Shown here piece after piece: positions 25,610-37,604 of a stretch of DNA of 64,000 nt (position 1 is its first letter; each line of letters starts with the position of its first letter). The stretch covers positions 129,915 to 193,914 of the forward strand of contig NIVC01000750.1 of assembly GCA_002269645.1 (NCBI GenBank), given 5' to 3'. Position numbers and translations under genes: made by a program. This DNA is from Macrostomum lignano (taxonomy: Eukaryota). Under the pieces are notes generated by a model, which had not been told where the DNA came from, did not search any database, and worked only from the letters and a program-made list of their open reading frames with translations.

Positions 25610-28069
25610 TTCCTGCAGGCAGAGGCACAGCTGCCGCTCGTGGTCCGTTGCCGCCGCCGCCTTTGCCACCGAGAGGCGCACCGGATCCGGTGGTCGGCAG
25701 TCGGACAAACGGAAGCTGGAACAATGGGGTCGGCAGCCGCGGTCAGCAGCAGCAAGTGAGCAGCCGGCAGTTGTGCTCCCACTGTCGTCAAGAGTTGGGT
25801 AAGAATCAGTTTTTGATATTTGTTGAAATTGATGGAGATTTGAATGTAGCTATTGCCTAAATCGGTTTTAAAATTCATACAAAATAACTTGTACCAATCA
25901 GAGACCTTTGTACCAATCAGAGACCTTTGTACCAATCAGAGACCTTTGTACCAATAAGAGACCTTTGTGCCAATCAGAGACCTTTGTACCAATCAGAGAC
26001 CTTTGTACCAATCAGAGACCTTTGTACCAATCAGAGACCTTTGTACCAATCTGTGCAAAGCTCAAATTTGTTCTGCTATCTTATATTTATAGCTGTTGAC
26101 CTTAAACCATGCACGTACCGCGTGATCACTGTTAAAATGCTATCAAGATGCCATTGGACAAATTGTAAAAATACCACACTTTTCCGCCTCTGGGATTTCT
26201 ACCAACTACACAGGCTCGGGAGCAGCGATGGCCATCGAGACGCTGCAGCTGTTCTATCACGTGAAATGCTTTCGCTGCAGCGTCTGCAACACCCCGCTTG
26301 GCAACGGCAGCTCCGGTGCGGACGTTCGAGTCAGACGCGATCAGCTGCACTGCCCCAGCTGCTTCAGCTCAGACGAAGGTATCTCCTGCATCAATCTTGG
26401 TCCCGTGTGATAACCGACCTTTAGTGCCTAACCAACATTGTTTGAGTTCCTAACACTAATCTGTGGCTCTGGTTGTGCACGCTTTCCTTTTTACTCACTT
26501 GGCAATAACTTTAAATATGAAGGTCTATCTGTATACTAACACTTTATTAACACTGGTGCTGCGCATGCGTATTAAAACTGTAGTTTCAATACTGTTTAAC
26601 CATTTCCTGCGATTCGGTTCACTGTGTCTTGAGCTCCACAAGCCTGCATGCAGAATTAGGGTTTAACATGTGCAATACAATCAAGAAGAGTTTTGTGTAA
26701 CTGTATCTCAGAGCATTAATTCAATAGACGTTGATTTGCATGGGTGAAAGACACGCCGAATTAGAATTAGTGCTGATTCACCAACATAAGCAATATTCGT
26801 ACGATAAATTTAAATTAAGAGACACAAAATGCGCTTTTTTCTTACTTACGCATTCATTCTCGGTTGTGGTTTTGGTGTTGTTTATCTTTGAAGACAGCAG
26901 GTAAGTGTCAAAGTTTCATTGCTGGTTTTTCCTCTCTGATTTCCTTTTAACTTCTTTTTTGTTTGAGTCAGTACCCTACTTCTGTGCGAGTATATCAGGC
27001 ACAAGGCACAAAAAAGGATTAAATGTACATTCGCTAGTCAGGTTTAGCTTAAATGTACACTCCTGCCATTCTTCAGGCGCAATGAAGATTAAATGTACAT
27101 TCGCTAGTCAGGATAGCTTAAATGTACAGTGGGAGAAGTGCACACTCGCTAGTCGCATTGATTGGAAGTAATTTTCAGCTTTAATAGAAATATTTGCAAC
27201 TAACAAACAATTTATCTAACACTGCACATATACGCTGCACTTAATCACGTCTTTCTCTTACATATAACCAGCTCCTGCTTTTTTCACGCTTCTCCTAACC
27301 ATTTTAGTTCCGCGAAGAACTTTACCTGGGCCGAGCTGACATGCTTCAAGCTGACAAGCTGGCGTTAAAGTTTGACGCGACCGTCAAGACCTCAAATTGT
27401 TCGTTGTAGATTAACATTAACTTTTTGACATGAAATTAACCGCTGATTTCACACAATAAATACAGTAACACGCCTCACACCATGTTAGCAATTTTGCACT
27501 GTTCTCTGTTTTCCGCAACATTGCGCGCACCGTTTAACTTGGTCAACTGAAACAGAAGGTCTGCACTGGCGAGATGGGTAGCTTTTCAGATCGGAATTTT
27601 GAATCGCAAATGAAGCAAGCAAGTGTTTATGGTTGTATTCATTTGTTAAAATCAAATATGGATTTTGTACAAAGATTTGCTTTCTGAATGAGGTTTCTTT
27701 TGCGATTTAGAAGTCCGGAAGGAGTGTAAAAAATGTTTAGCAGAACCAAACGCAATACCTTTTTTGTTTTGCGTTGAGAAATTAAAACCGCCATTTTCTG
27801 TAATGCATATTCTTTCGATAAAGCCTGAATCCTAAAATTTCCAAAAAAAAATCGGTTTCCTGTCCATCTACCTAAGTAGTCCTTGGTGAGATACGCGAGT
27901 GAAGCGCAGTCCCGATCTCTACTTCAGACGTCCATGATGCCAATGTATTGGGGTTCTCCAGCTATTTTAATGAAACTCATTGTCCAACCCGGCATAGAGC
28001 ACTGTATTTGTACAGAACTGCTTTATTCGTCTCATTTTTTCTTCAGGACAAAAATTCAGCTGCGTTTGA
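14723..28069 (+). CDS. LMO7: LMO7/LIMCH1/Smallish-like protein: N-terminal CH domain, low-complexity poly-Gln/Pro middle, C-terminal LIM domain, C-terminal FSCV
   Basis: Exons 14723-14979, 15117-15189, 17570-17679, 18197-18236, 18984-19301, 19821-19987, 21007-21868, 23481-23591, 23777-23991, 24645(or 24547)-25058, 25395-25798, 26214-26378, 28047-28069; GT-AG and phase-consistent. CH: [46 protein letters not shown] motif. LIM: [63 protein letters not shown] at 28172-28177. The 5' boundary of exon 10 is uncertain. Confidence 0.88.
15657..16522. repeat. Purine-rich 12-bp repeat GAGAGGCAGAGG
   Basis: LMO7 intron 2; source of the LPLPL/RGRG ORFs. Confidence 0.95.
17195..17365. repeat. 12-bp repeat GGGAGATGAGAG
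   Basis: Direct reading. Confidence 0.88.
17715..18100. repeat. 30-33-bp minisatellite TCTCTCAGACACCTGTCTGAAGCATCTACTACT
   Basis: Fills LMO7 intron 3. Confidence 0.94.
19355..19705. repeat. 16-bp minisatellite GTAACCTAGTCCCTGA
   Basis: LMO7 intron 5. Confidence 0.95.
20135..20997. repeat. 41-bp minisatellite CTCATCTGTGAGTGATTTGTCTCCATCCTGATTCGTCTTAA
   Basis: About 21 copies ending ~10 nt before the acceptor at 21006. Confidence 0.96.
23615..23750. repeat. 32-bp repeat GACTAGATTCACTGATGCTGGTTGCAGGGAGT, ~4 copies
   Basis: Occupies most of the 185-nt LMO7 intron 8. Confidence 0.88.
24305..24425. repeat. (ACAG)n/(GCAG)n microsatellite
   Basis: Direct reading. Confidence 0.9.
25888..26050. 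repeat. 19-bp minisatellite TGTACCAATCAGAGACCTT
   Basis: About 8 copies in LMO7 intron 11. Confidence 0.94.
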
Positions 28070-28539
28070 CAGTCTGATTTGGAGCTCGAGGCAAACCGAA
28101 TCGAGGGCAGGACAAGCCACCGCGATCTGCTCACTGCCTTCGCTTCAATGCTTTAATCGGATTTTCTTTCCAATAAAAAATTGCTCGAATTGTAATACTT
28201 GCCAGCAGTAGACAAGTACGAGTGTGTTCTGTGCAAAGAGTTGTTATAACGGCATTTTAGGTTCACACTATACAACACGGATAACTTCCTGCGAATCATA
28301 TTCATATTAAACTTTCTTCAATACATCATCAGACAGTTTATCATTGAATGGCGTTCGTTGTTTCATGCTCATTAACTCTACTACTTATCAATAGTAGCAA
28401 GCGTAAATATACAGGCAAATACACGCCACGCAGAGAGTCGGGGACTGCGAATTTTAAGTTTAGATCAGGCGCCTGACTGACTCACTGACTGCCTATTGAC
28501 TCTTATAAACAATACGTGGCTTAGCGCACGGACATGCTG

Positions 28540-28905
28540 TCCCCTTCTGTCCCTTTCTGCCCCCCTCTGTCCAATTCTGTCCCCCTCTGTCCCCCTCTGT
28601 CCAATTCTGTCCCCTTCTGTCCCATTCTGTTCCCTTCTGTCCCCTTCTGTCCCCTTCTGTTCTCTTCTGTCCCCTTCTGTCCCCTTCTGTCCCCTTCTGT
28701 TCTCTTCTGTCCCCTTCTGTCCCCTTCTGTTCCCTTCTGTCCCCTTCTGTCCTCTTGTGTCCCCTTCTGTCTCCTGTACCCTTCCATCCTCTTGTGCCCC
28801 CTCCCTGTCCCCTCTGTGCCCTCTCCTCTGTCCCTCTTTCCCCTCCTGTCTCATCCCCTCTGTCCTCTCCTGTCCCCTCCCCTCAGTCCCTAGCTTCCCT
28901 CTGTC
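28540..28905. repeat. Pyrimidine-rich 10-bp repeat CTGTCCCCTT
   Basis: Direct reading. Confidence 0.88.
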
Positions 28906-29304
28906 CCCCCTACAGCTAGTGGATAACTAACCTGAATTCACACGTTCTTTGAATCCATTCGCTCGTTAAGCTTCTGGAACAATCCTTGTAGTTTTTTCGC
29001 CAAAAAATGTCAAAAAGTGGTATGAGATTCTGTGAATGTCATGGAAAAATTCAGCGCTCTAAGAAATCAATCTGCTCGTTAAACTGGAAAATAATTTCCT
29101 CTAAGAATCTTGAAAAGAAGAAAATGTGTCGAACCGTATGATTATAATTTTTTCGATTCTTTTTTACTTTTTACACTTGGCAGAACAAATGGCAGGCGTA
29201 TTGCTTTGAGCAGCATTTCACTTTATGGTCAGTGATTCGTGGTGTAAAATTCGAGTCTGTGATTCATTCCATGAAAATCTAAATTGGTTGATAGTGAATA
29301 ATTT

Positions 29305-30690
29305 GAGTTCTTGTCAGCCATCTGAGCAATTCTTCATTTGAGATCTTGTCAGCCATCTGAGCAATTCTTTATTTGAGATCTTGTCAGCCATCTGAGCAAT
29401 TCTTTATTTGAGATCTTGTCAGCCATCTGAGCAATTCTTTATTTGAGTTCTTGTCAGCCATCTGAGCAATTCTTTATTTGAGATCTTGTCAGCCATCTGA
29501 GCAATTCTTTATTTGAGATCTTGTCAGCCATCTGAGCAATTCTTTATTTGAGATCTTGTCAGCCATCTGAGCAATTCTTTATTTGAGATCTTGTCAGCCA
29601 TCTGAGCAATTCTTCATTTGAGTTCTTGTCAGCCATCTGAGCAATTCTTCATTTGAGATCTTGTCAGCCATCTGAGCAATTCATCATTTGAGTTCTTGTC
29701 AGCCATCTGAGCAATTCATCATTTGAGTTCTTGTCAGCCATCTGAGCAATTCATCATTTGAATTCTTTTCAGCCATCTGAGAAATTCTTCATTTGAGTTC
29801 TTGTCAGCCATCTGAGCAATTCTTCATTTGAGTTCTTGTCAGCCATCTGAGCAATTCTTCATTTGAGATCTTGTCAGCCATCTGAGCAATTCATCATTTG
29901 AGTTCTTGTCAGCCATCTGAGCAATTGTTCATTTGAGTTCTTGTCAGCCATCTGAGAAATTCTTCATTTGAGATCTTGTCAGCCATCTGAGCAATTCTTC
30001 ATTTGAGATCTTGTCAGCCATCTGAGCAATTCATCATTTGAGTTCTTGTCAGTCATCTGAGCAATTCATCATTTGAATTCTTTTCAGCCATCTGAGAAAT
30101 TCTTCATTTGAGTTCTTGTCAGCCATCTGAGCAATTCTTCATTTGAGTTCTTGTCAGCCATCTGAGAAATTCTTCATTTGAGTTCTTGTCAGCCATCTGA
30201 GCAATTCTTCATTTGAGTTCTTGTCAGCCATCTGAGCAATTCTTCATTTGAGATCTTGTCAGCCATCTGAGCAATTCATCATTTGAGTTCTTGTCAGCCA
30301 TCTGAGCAATTGTTCATTTGAGTTCTTGTCAGCCATCTGAGAAATTCTTCATTTGAGATCTTGTCAGCCATCTGAGCAATTCATCATTTGAGTTCTTGTC
30401 AGCCATCTGAGCAATTGTTCATTTGAGTTCTTGTCAGCCATCTGAGCAATTGTTCATTTGAGATCTTGTCAGCCATCTGAGCAATTCATCATTTGAGTTC
30501 TTGTCAGCCATCTGAGCAATTGTTCATTTGAGTTCTTGTCAGCCATCTGAGCAATTGTTCATTTGAGTTCTTGTCAGCCATCTGAGCAATTGTTCATTTG
30601 AGTTCTTGTCAGCCATCTGAGCAATTGTTCATTTGAGTTCTTGTCAGCCATCTGAGCAATTGTTCATTTGAGTTCTTGTCAGCCATCTGA
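29305..30690. repeat. 35-bp minisatellite GAGTTCTTGTCAGCCATCTGAGCAATTCTTCATTT
   Basis: About 40 copies, intergenic. Confidence 0.97.
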
Positions 30691-31269
30691 GTCATCATCT
30701 CTGAGTACTTGGCCATCTGACCGCTTCCTCCTAGAAGCAATCGTGAATGTTTTAAACATTTTAGTTGCAGCCGTCAAGTTTTAATCCCGCATTTACGGTC
30801 GTCATTTTTTCTTCAAAAGCACTTTTAAGAATCCACTTAACCCAAAGGCAGAAGTCAGTCTCGAATATCGAATATCTATTTGGCATCCCCCCAGCAACAG
30901 ATGCCGCGGACCAGATGGCCATCTTACTTGAGTAAACCTTAAGTTCGCATTCGCGTCTCGGGTTTCAGTCGCCTCGCTACTCAACTATTCGATCAAATTC
31001 TGCTCGGCTAATCTCTCAAGACTGAGTTCGGATTGTTGACCGCATGTTATATTAGATTTCTCCGCTCTGGAAATGCATGTTTTTGAATTGAAAATTGTTT
31101 GCTAAATTTAGAGAGCAAAGTAAACTTGCCATCTGTCACCGGAACTGAAAACTGTGTCTCAAAACGTTTTCTTTAATAAATCCAACTAGGTTTTCTTCTT
31201 TAATCTAGAATCCAACCAGGAGATTAATCCTTTCCGAACTGATGATACTCATGTACAACATGAAGCTGG

Positions 31270-31845
31270 CACTCCTGTCTAACAGGGGACACTCCTGTCT
31301 AACAGGGGACACTCCTGTCTAACAGGGGACACTCCTGTCTAACAGGGGACACTCCTGTCTAACAGGGGACACTCCTGTCTAACAGGGGACACTCCTGTCT
31401 AACAGGGGACACTCCTGTCTAACAGGGGACACTCCTGTCTAACAGGGGACACTCCTTTCTAACAGGGGACACTCCTGTCTAACAGGGGACACTCCTGTCT
31501 AACAGGTGACACTCCTGTCTAACAGGGGACACTCCTGTCTAACAGGTGGCACTCCTGTCTAACAGGGGACACTCCTGTCTAACAGGGGGCACTCCTGTCT
31601 AACAGGTGAAACTATCTTGTCTAACAGGTGACACTCCTGTCTAACAGGTGACACTCCTGTCTAACAGGGGACACTCCTGTCTAACAGGTGACACTCCTGT
31701 CTAACAGGTGACACTCCTGTCTAACAGGGGACACTCCTGTCTAACAGGGGACACTCCTGTCTAACAGGGGACACTCCTGTCTAACAGGGGACACTCCTGT
31801 CTAACAGGCGACACTCCTGTCTAACAGGTGGCACTCCTGTCTATC
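31270..31845. repeat. 20-bp minisatellite ACACTCCTGTCTAACAGGGG
   Basis: About 28 highly homogeneous copies, with degenerate copies to ~31935. Confidence 0.96.
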
Positions 31846-32178
31846 ATGTACCTGGCCCCCATCTACCACGTGGAATTCATATCTAACAGATGACACCCAG
31901 CTGTCTAACATGCGGCCAAGTTGTCTAACAGGTAAGAGCCATGTCTCCTCCGTAAAACAGACAAACAGCTCACAGCATGAGAAGTGTGTCTCTAACGCTT
32001 CGCTAGCATCCTTCGCATAGATATCGATTTGCGCCAATCCAGAAGACATCTCCTCGCAACACCCACTTGGCCCCTCATTGGCTGCCCGCAATGAGCATTT
32101 AAACTCGAATTTTTCTTGCTCATTCAAATCTCGCGCCAGGAAAATCAGATAGAAAACAACTCAAGCCAGTCCGTCATC

Positions 32179-32541
32179 ATGACTCAACCAAGTGGAACGG
32201 TGCCAGTGGCCCTGCTGCTACTTCTAGCTCTGGCTATTCAACTCTCGGCTGAGAGTGTCTCAGCCGCTCCTTCTGGTCGAGGCTCGAACCAACGGCTCGT
32301 GGCCGCTCCGGCTGACTGGGCCGCCGCTGCCGCCGCCGCCGCCGCAGCCGCAGCGGACGTCGCAGCGGAAGAGGCCGCCGAGGCCAACGACAGCTCCGAC
32401 CTGACGGAGCCCGGCGACAAGCGAGGCATGTTCCGCTATGGAAAACGACAGATGTTCCGGTTCGGAAAGCGAGCCCTGCTCGGAAAGCGAGCTTACATGT
32501 TCCGCTATGGAAAACGGCAGATTGAAAGCCCCCAATACTGA
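32179..32541 (+). CDS. Neuropeptide precursor (120 aa) yielding GMFRYamide, QMFRFamide, ALLamide, AYMFRYamide; FaRP/LFRFamide(sNPF)-like
   Basis: Hydrophobic signal peptide (VPVALLLLLALAIQLSAESVSA), acidic/Ala spacer, then KR-GMFRYG-KR-QMFRFG-KR-ALLG-KR-AYMFRYG-KR: dibasic cleavage sites with Gly amide donors. Confidence 0.92.
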   Translation: MTQPSGTVPVALLLLLALAIQLSAESVSAAPSGRGSNQRLVAAPADWAAAAAAAAAAAADVAAEEAAEANDSSDLTEPGDKRGMFRYGKRQMFRFGKRALLGKRAYMFRYGKRQIESPQY

Positions 32542-32951
32542 CAATTCTAGCTGTGTGAATTAAAACAATTCCAAATGCACGGGCTTAAACTAAATACAAG
32601 TTTCATTCTCTTGTCGTAAGAGAAATGCAGGTCCTGGTTGCTTGAAAAGGCTTCAGATTGTTTTTTCACTCATTTTGTCCGCAAATTCACGCCAAGCTTT
32701 AATTTAGCTGTTGTTATTTGCTAGTTACTAGCAAGTTACGCCCTCGAAGCCTCTCTAACCGGCCCCCGGGTCCTTTGAGACTTCACAGCTGCAATACGGC
32801 TCTCTCAAGGTTTGCGTCTCTGCTTAGCTCTTTTCTCTCTTCTCTCTTCTCTCTTCCCTCTCTCCTCTGCTCTACGAGCGAGTTCTTAGTGTCTGGGTTT
32901 CGGCGTTGTAAAGCAGAAAAATTTTCGGCGCATTTCTGAAACGTTCTAACC

Positions 32952-33237
32952 TCTAAGGCGTCGGACTCACGACTGAAAGGTCGGGGGTTCGATTCTCGAC
33001 ACAATCGGAACAATTGTCCTTCAGCAAGACATTTAACTCTGCATTGCTTCAGTTCACCCAGCTGTAAAATGGGCGCCATGGCATTAGCTGGGGTAATTGA
33101 GGGTTTGTGTGACAACCTCCCCTGTCCTTGGACTAAACAGCCGTACGCAGCCTTCAGATGCGCCGCGCAATAACTGCGGCTGAGCTGTCGGTTGCACATC
33201 TGCCATTAGGGCAGGTGTAATCAGTTAATTAATTAAT
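32952..33237 (+). mobile_element. tRNA-derived CORE-type SINE, 5'-truncated
   Basis: tRNA-like head with B box GGTTCGATTC (32986-32995), then GTCCTTCAGCAAGACATTTAACTCTGCATTGCTTCAGTTCACCCAGCTGTAAAATGGG, similar to the recalled MIR/CORE domain, and a (TTAA)n tail. Confidence 0.7.
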
Positions 33238-33284
33238 CTGAAGCGCATTTCGAACTAACCTCTTCATGAAAAACTCCTGAAAAG

Positions 33285-34992
33285 GGCGCCAGCTACAGAG
33301 AGGCGCCAGCAACAGAGGGGCGCCAGCTGCAGAAGGGACGCCAGCAACAGAGGGGCGCCAGCTGCAGAAGGGACGCCAGCTACAGAAGGGCGCCAGCTAC
33401 AGAGGGGCGCCAGCTACAGAGGGGGCGCCAGCTACAGAGTCAGCGCCAGCTACAGAGGGGGCGCCAGCTGCAGAGGGGGCGCCAGCTACAGAGTCAGCGC
33501 CAGCTACAGAGTCAGCGCCAGCTACAGAGGGGGCGCCAGCTACAGAGTCAGCGCCAGCTACAGAGGGGGCGCCAGCTACAGAGTCAGCGCCAGCTACAGA
33601 AGGGGCGCCAGCTACAGAGTCAGCGCCAGCTACAGAGGGGGCGCCAGCTACAGAAGGGCGCCAGCTACAGAGTGGGCGCCAGCTACAGAGGGGGCGCCAG
33701 CTACAGAGTCAGCGTCAGCTACAGAGGGGCGCCAGCTACAGAGGGGGCGCCAGCTACAGAGGGGGCGCCAGCTACAGAGGGGGCGCCAGCTACAGAGTCA
33801 GCGTCAGCTACAGAGGGGCGCCAGCTACAGACGGGGCGCCAGCTACAGAGGGGGCGCCAGCTACAGAGGGGGCGCCAGCTACAGAGGGGGCGCCAGCTAC
33901 AGAGTCAGCGTCAGCTACAGAGGGGCGCCAGCTACAGAGGGGGCGCCAGCTACAGAGGGGGCGCCAGCTACAGAGGGGGCGCCAGCTACAGAGGGGGCGC
34001 CAGCTACAGAGGGGACGTTAGCTACGGAGGGGGCGCCAGCTACAGAGGGGGCGCCAGCTACAGAGTCAGCGCCAGCTACAGAGGGGGCGCCAGCTACAGA
34101 GTCAGCGCCAGCTACAGAGGGGGCGCCAGCTACAGAGTCAGCGCCAGCTACAGAGGGGGCGCCAGCTACAGAGTCAGCGCCAGCTACAGAGGGGCGCCAG
34201 CTACAGAGGGGCGCCAGCTACAGAGGGGACGCCAGCTACAGAGGGGCGCCAGCTACAGAGGGGGCGCCAGCTACAGAGGGGGCGCCAGCTACAGAGGGGA
34301 CGCCAGCTACGGAGGGGGCGCCAGCTACAGAGGGGGTGCCAGCTACAGAGGGGGCGCCAGCTGCAGAGGGGGCGCCAGCTACAGAGTCAGCGCCAGCTAC
34401 AGAGGGGGCGCCAGCTACAGAGGGGGCGCCAGCTGCAGAGTCAGCGCCAGCTACAGAGGGGCGCCAGCTACAGAGGGGGCGCCAGCTACAGAGGGGGCGC
34501 CAGCTACAGAGGGGACGCCAGCTACGGAGGGGGCGCCAGCTACAGAGGGGGTGCCAGCTACAGAGGGGGCGCCAGCTGCAGAGGGGGCGCCAGCTACAGA
34601 GTCAGCGCCAGCTACAGAGGGGGCGCCAGCTACAGAGGGGGCGCCAGCTGCAGAGGGGGCGCCAGCTACAGAGTCAGCGCCAGCTACAGAGGGGGCGCCA
34701 GCTACAGAAGGGCGCCAGCTACAGAGTGGGCGCCAGCTACAGAGGGGGCGCCAGCTACGGAGGGGGCGCCAGCTACAGAGTGGGCGCCAGCTACAGAGGG
34801 GGCGCCAGCTACGGAGGGGACGCCAGCTACAGAGGGGGCGCCAGCTACGGAGGGGACGCCAGCTACAGAGGGGGCGCCAGCTACAGAGTGGGCGCCAGCT
34901 ACAGAGGGGGCGCCAGCTACAGAGGGGGCGCCAGCTACAGAAGGGCGCCAGCTACAGAGGGGGCGCCAGCTACGGAGGGGGCGCCAGCTGCA
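33285..34992. repeat. 17-18-bp GC-rich minisatellite GGGGGCGCCAGCTACAGA
   Basis: About 95 copies; source of the GAPATE ORFs. Confidence 0.97.
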
Positions 34993-35694
34993 GACGATTC
35001 AGCAGCAGTTAAAAAACTGTTGCTAATAAAACTTGTTTGCTTTCATTCCTATCAATTTAGTCAGTTGATGCTCGAAAAAACCTCGAAAACATTTTAGAAT
35101 TTTGAAGCATATTTTGAAATGAGAAGAGCAGACGGGGCAACTCAATTTGAGACAGTAGAAATCTTTAACGTATTAGTAATTTAAAAGCTGACAAACTGTC
35201 GGAACTCAATTTGGACAATTTGTTGGAGAAAAACAATATTTTTTCTAAGCAACTTGTCATTTTTCAGTCGCTGTATACAAAGTCTGAGCGTTATTATAAT
35301 TTTTTATTTAGTTTTGTTTGTTTACAGTCAACTTTATTATCGAGTGCATTGTTGTTATACTTCTATTCGTGTCCTTATCCGAGGGCTTCTGGATCAAAGA
35401 CGCAGACCGGCAGAAGTCATTTGCTCACAAAACCAATAAAGTGGGCCGGTTTATTGACTATAAAACTTATCATCATACTAACTCGTAATTTATTGCCGAT
35501 TTTGAACTGATGTGGATAACAGAGTATCGCTGATAACAGACTTAAGTCCTCATGAAGACAACTTAGTCCGCTGAGTCGCTAGCCTATCCTTCGGAATAAG
35601 TTAGGAAGATTTTATTTCTGCACTACTCTTAGTAAGAGAACTGATTTTTTTAATAATTCTGTCAGATGTCGGCGAAATTTCCTGATGCTACAGC

Positions 35695-35979
<285 letters not shown>

Positions 35980-36489
35980 AACTGCGCGCTGTGTTCCACC
36001 AAATAGCCGTAGCCCTCGCGGGCACACAGCGGGCAAGCTACAGCAAGTGCTTCTCCTGCCCTGGGCGCAGGCAATTCAGACGAGCAACAGGGCAATCACG
36101 GCATGGGAGCGAGGCAGTCCCGTGCACAAGCGACGAGGTTGTGTTTGTGTTTCACTGTCCAACAATTAGTCTTTGACCGCGAAGCCCCGGACCCAGGGAC
36201 TCCTACATCGCTGGTTTGGAAAGCATGCATGGACGGCCGCTGCCTCATCCAAAAACATCGTGCCAGCACGGGATCAAGACTGAACTCACGGTTTACACCA
36301 AGCTGGACACTCTCTACAGACGCTAGAATCGTTTCAAAAAACAGTTAGTAGCTTATTCTTTTTCATACATTTGCTAAGAAAATCGAAAATTGCCACCATA
36401 TTTGTTAACGAGGTACCTTTTTGTACAAGTGGCCAATACTGTGGTCAAATGGGTCACTTGAGCAACCTCTGTATCCAAGTAGGTCAATG

Positions 36490-36815
36490 CCAATGGGTCA
36501 GCTGACCACCTCTGGATTCAGGCGAAGTCAAGGGGGTCAGCTGACCACTTATGGATCCAGTTAGGGCTAAGGGGGTCAGCTGACCACTTATGGATCCAGT
36601 TAGGGCTAAGGGGGTCAGCTGGTCACCTCTGGATCCAGCTAGGGTCAAGGGGGGTCAGCTGACCACCTCTGGATCCAGTTAGGGCTAAGGGGGTCAGCTG
36701 ACTACTTGATCCAGCTAGGGTCAAGGTGGGTCAGCTGACCACCTCTGGATCCAGTTTGGGACAAGGGAGTCAGCTGACCACCTCTGGATCCAGTTAGGGC
36801 CAAGGAGGTCAGCTT
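36490..36815. repeat. 39-bp minisatellite TGGATCCAGTTAGGGCTAAGGGGGTCAGCTGACCACTTA
   Basis: About 8 copies. Confidence 0.9.
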
Positions 36816-37604
36816 GACCTTTTCTTTGCGTCCGGATATTTAGTCACAATCGTGTAATCAATGAGCTAGAGCATATTTCCAGAAACAGTGTAAATCAGAT
36901 ATCCAGTCCAGATAATCATTGTCAGAGGTCCCCGCCCCACTTTAACAAAACCATCGGAGTCCCTCCCGCCGTCTGTCCAGACGCGCAATTTTCAGCAGTC
37001 ACTTTCAATTTGGCTCGGGTGGATCCTCTGCCGCTCTCTGTTATGAATGGGCCGCCGGCGCAACATACACATCGGCGGGCCGTGATTGTCCCAACCCCCG
37101 CACGTGGTCCGCATACACAGCCTCTTTTTGAAATGGATTCCCCGTGTTGTCTACCCCTTAGACCCCACTCTCCGACTCTCTCTCTCTCTCTCTTTCTGTC
37201 TTTCAAAAGCAAATAGGTCTAATTAAATAGCCATTAAGGCTAGGCGCCACACAGCCTTCTCCCATATGACTGTTTGGGCACCTTTTCTCAGCCAGTCACA
37301 GAATCCTCTCTCTAATGCAACCATGTTACCATATATATACCAAAATCTGGTATGAGCCTTTTTATAATGACATTTTGAAAACTATTTATATGCATATTAT
37401 AATATATTCTCTTAATTGATTTTTCCAAGCATCGTTTCAGCCTTGCAAACATTTTTTGGATCACGAATAACTAACCAAATTCTATATACTCGTACAAGGA
37501 GCTTTAGTAATCCATGAATAGCAGTTCCGCCTTGCCAAATTACCAAATTACTTTGTCGTATATACACTGTAGGAGCTTTATTGCTCAACTATGGCATTCA
37601 GCGT

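Noticed and set aside
27015-27130. Two ~43-bp direct repeats separated by a ~28-bp spacer (CRISPR-like spacing)
   Set aside because: Only two copies, in a eukaryotic intron, with no cas genes; a simple local duplication. None of the arrays has unique spacers.
33672-35097. GAPATE/GGASYR mucin-like ORFs
   Set aside because: Frames alternate with unit-length variation; no signal peptide and no splice support.
35500-35610. Possible hammerhead ribozyme (ATGAG-GACTTAAGTC on the minus strand)
   Set aside because: The CTGANGA and GAAA core residues are absent; other CTGATGA hits in the window also lack the matching GAAA and stems.
36490-36815. TTAGGG within the 39-bp unit as interstitial telomere
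   Set aside because: A single hexamer per unit, not tandem telomeric repeats.
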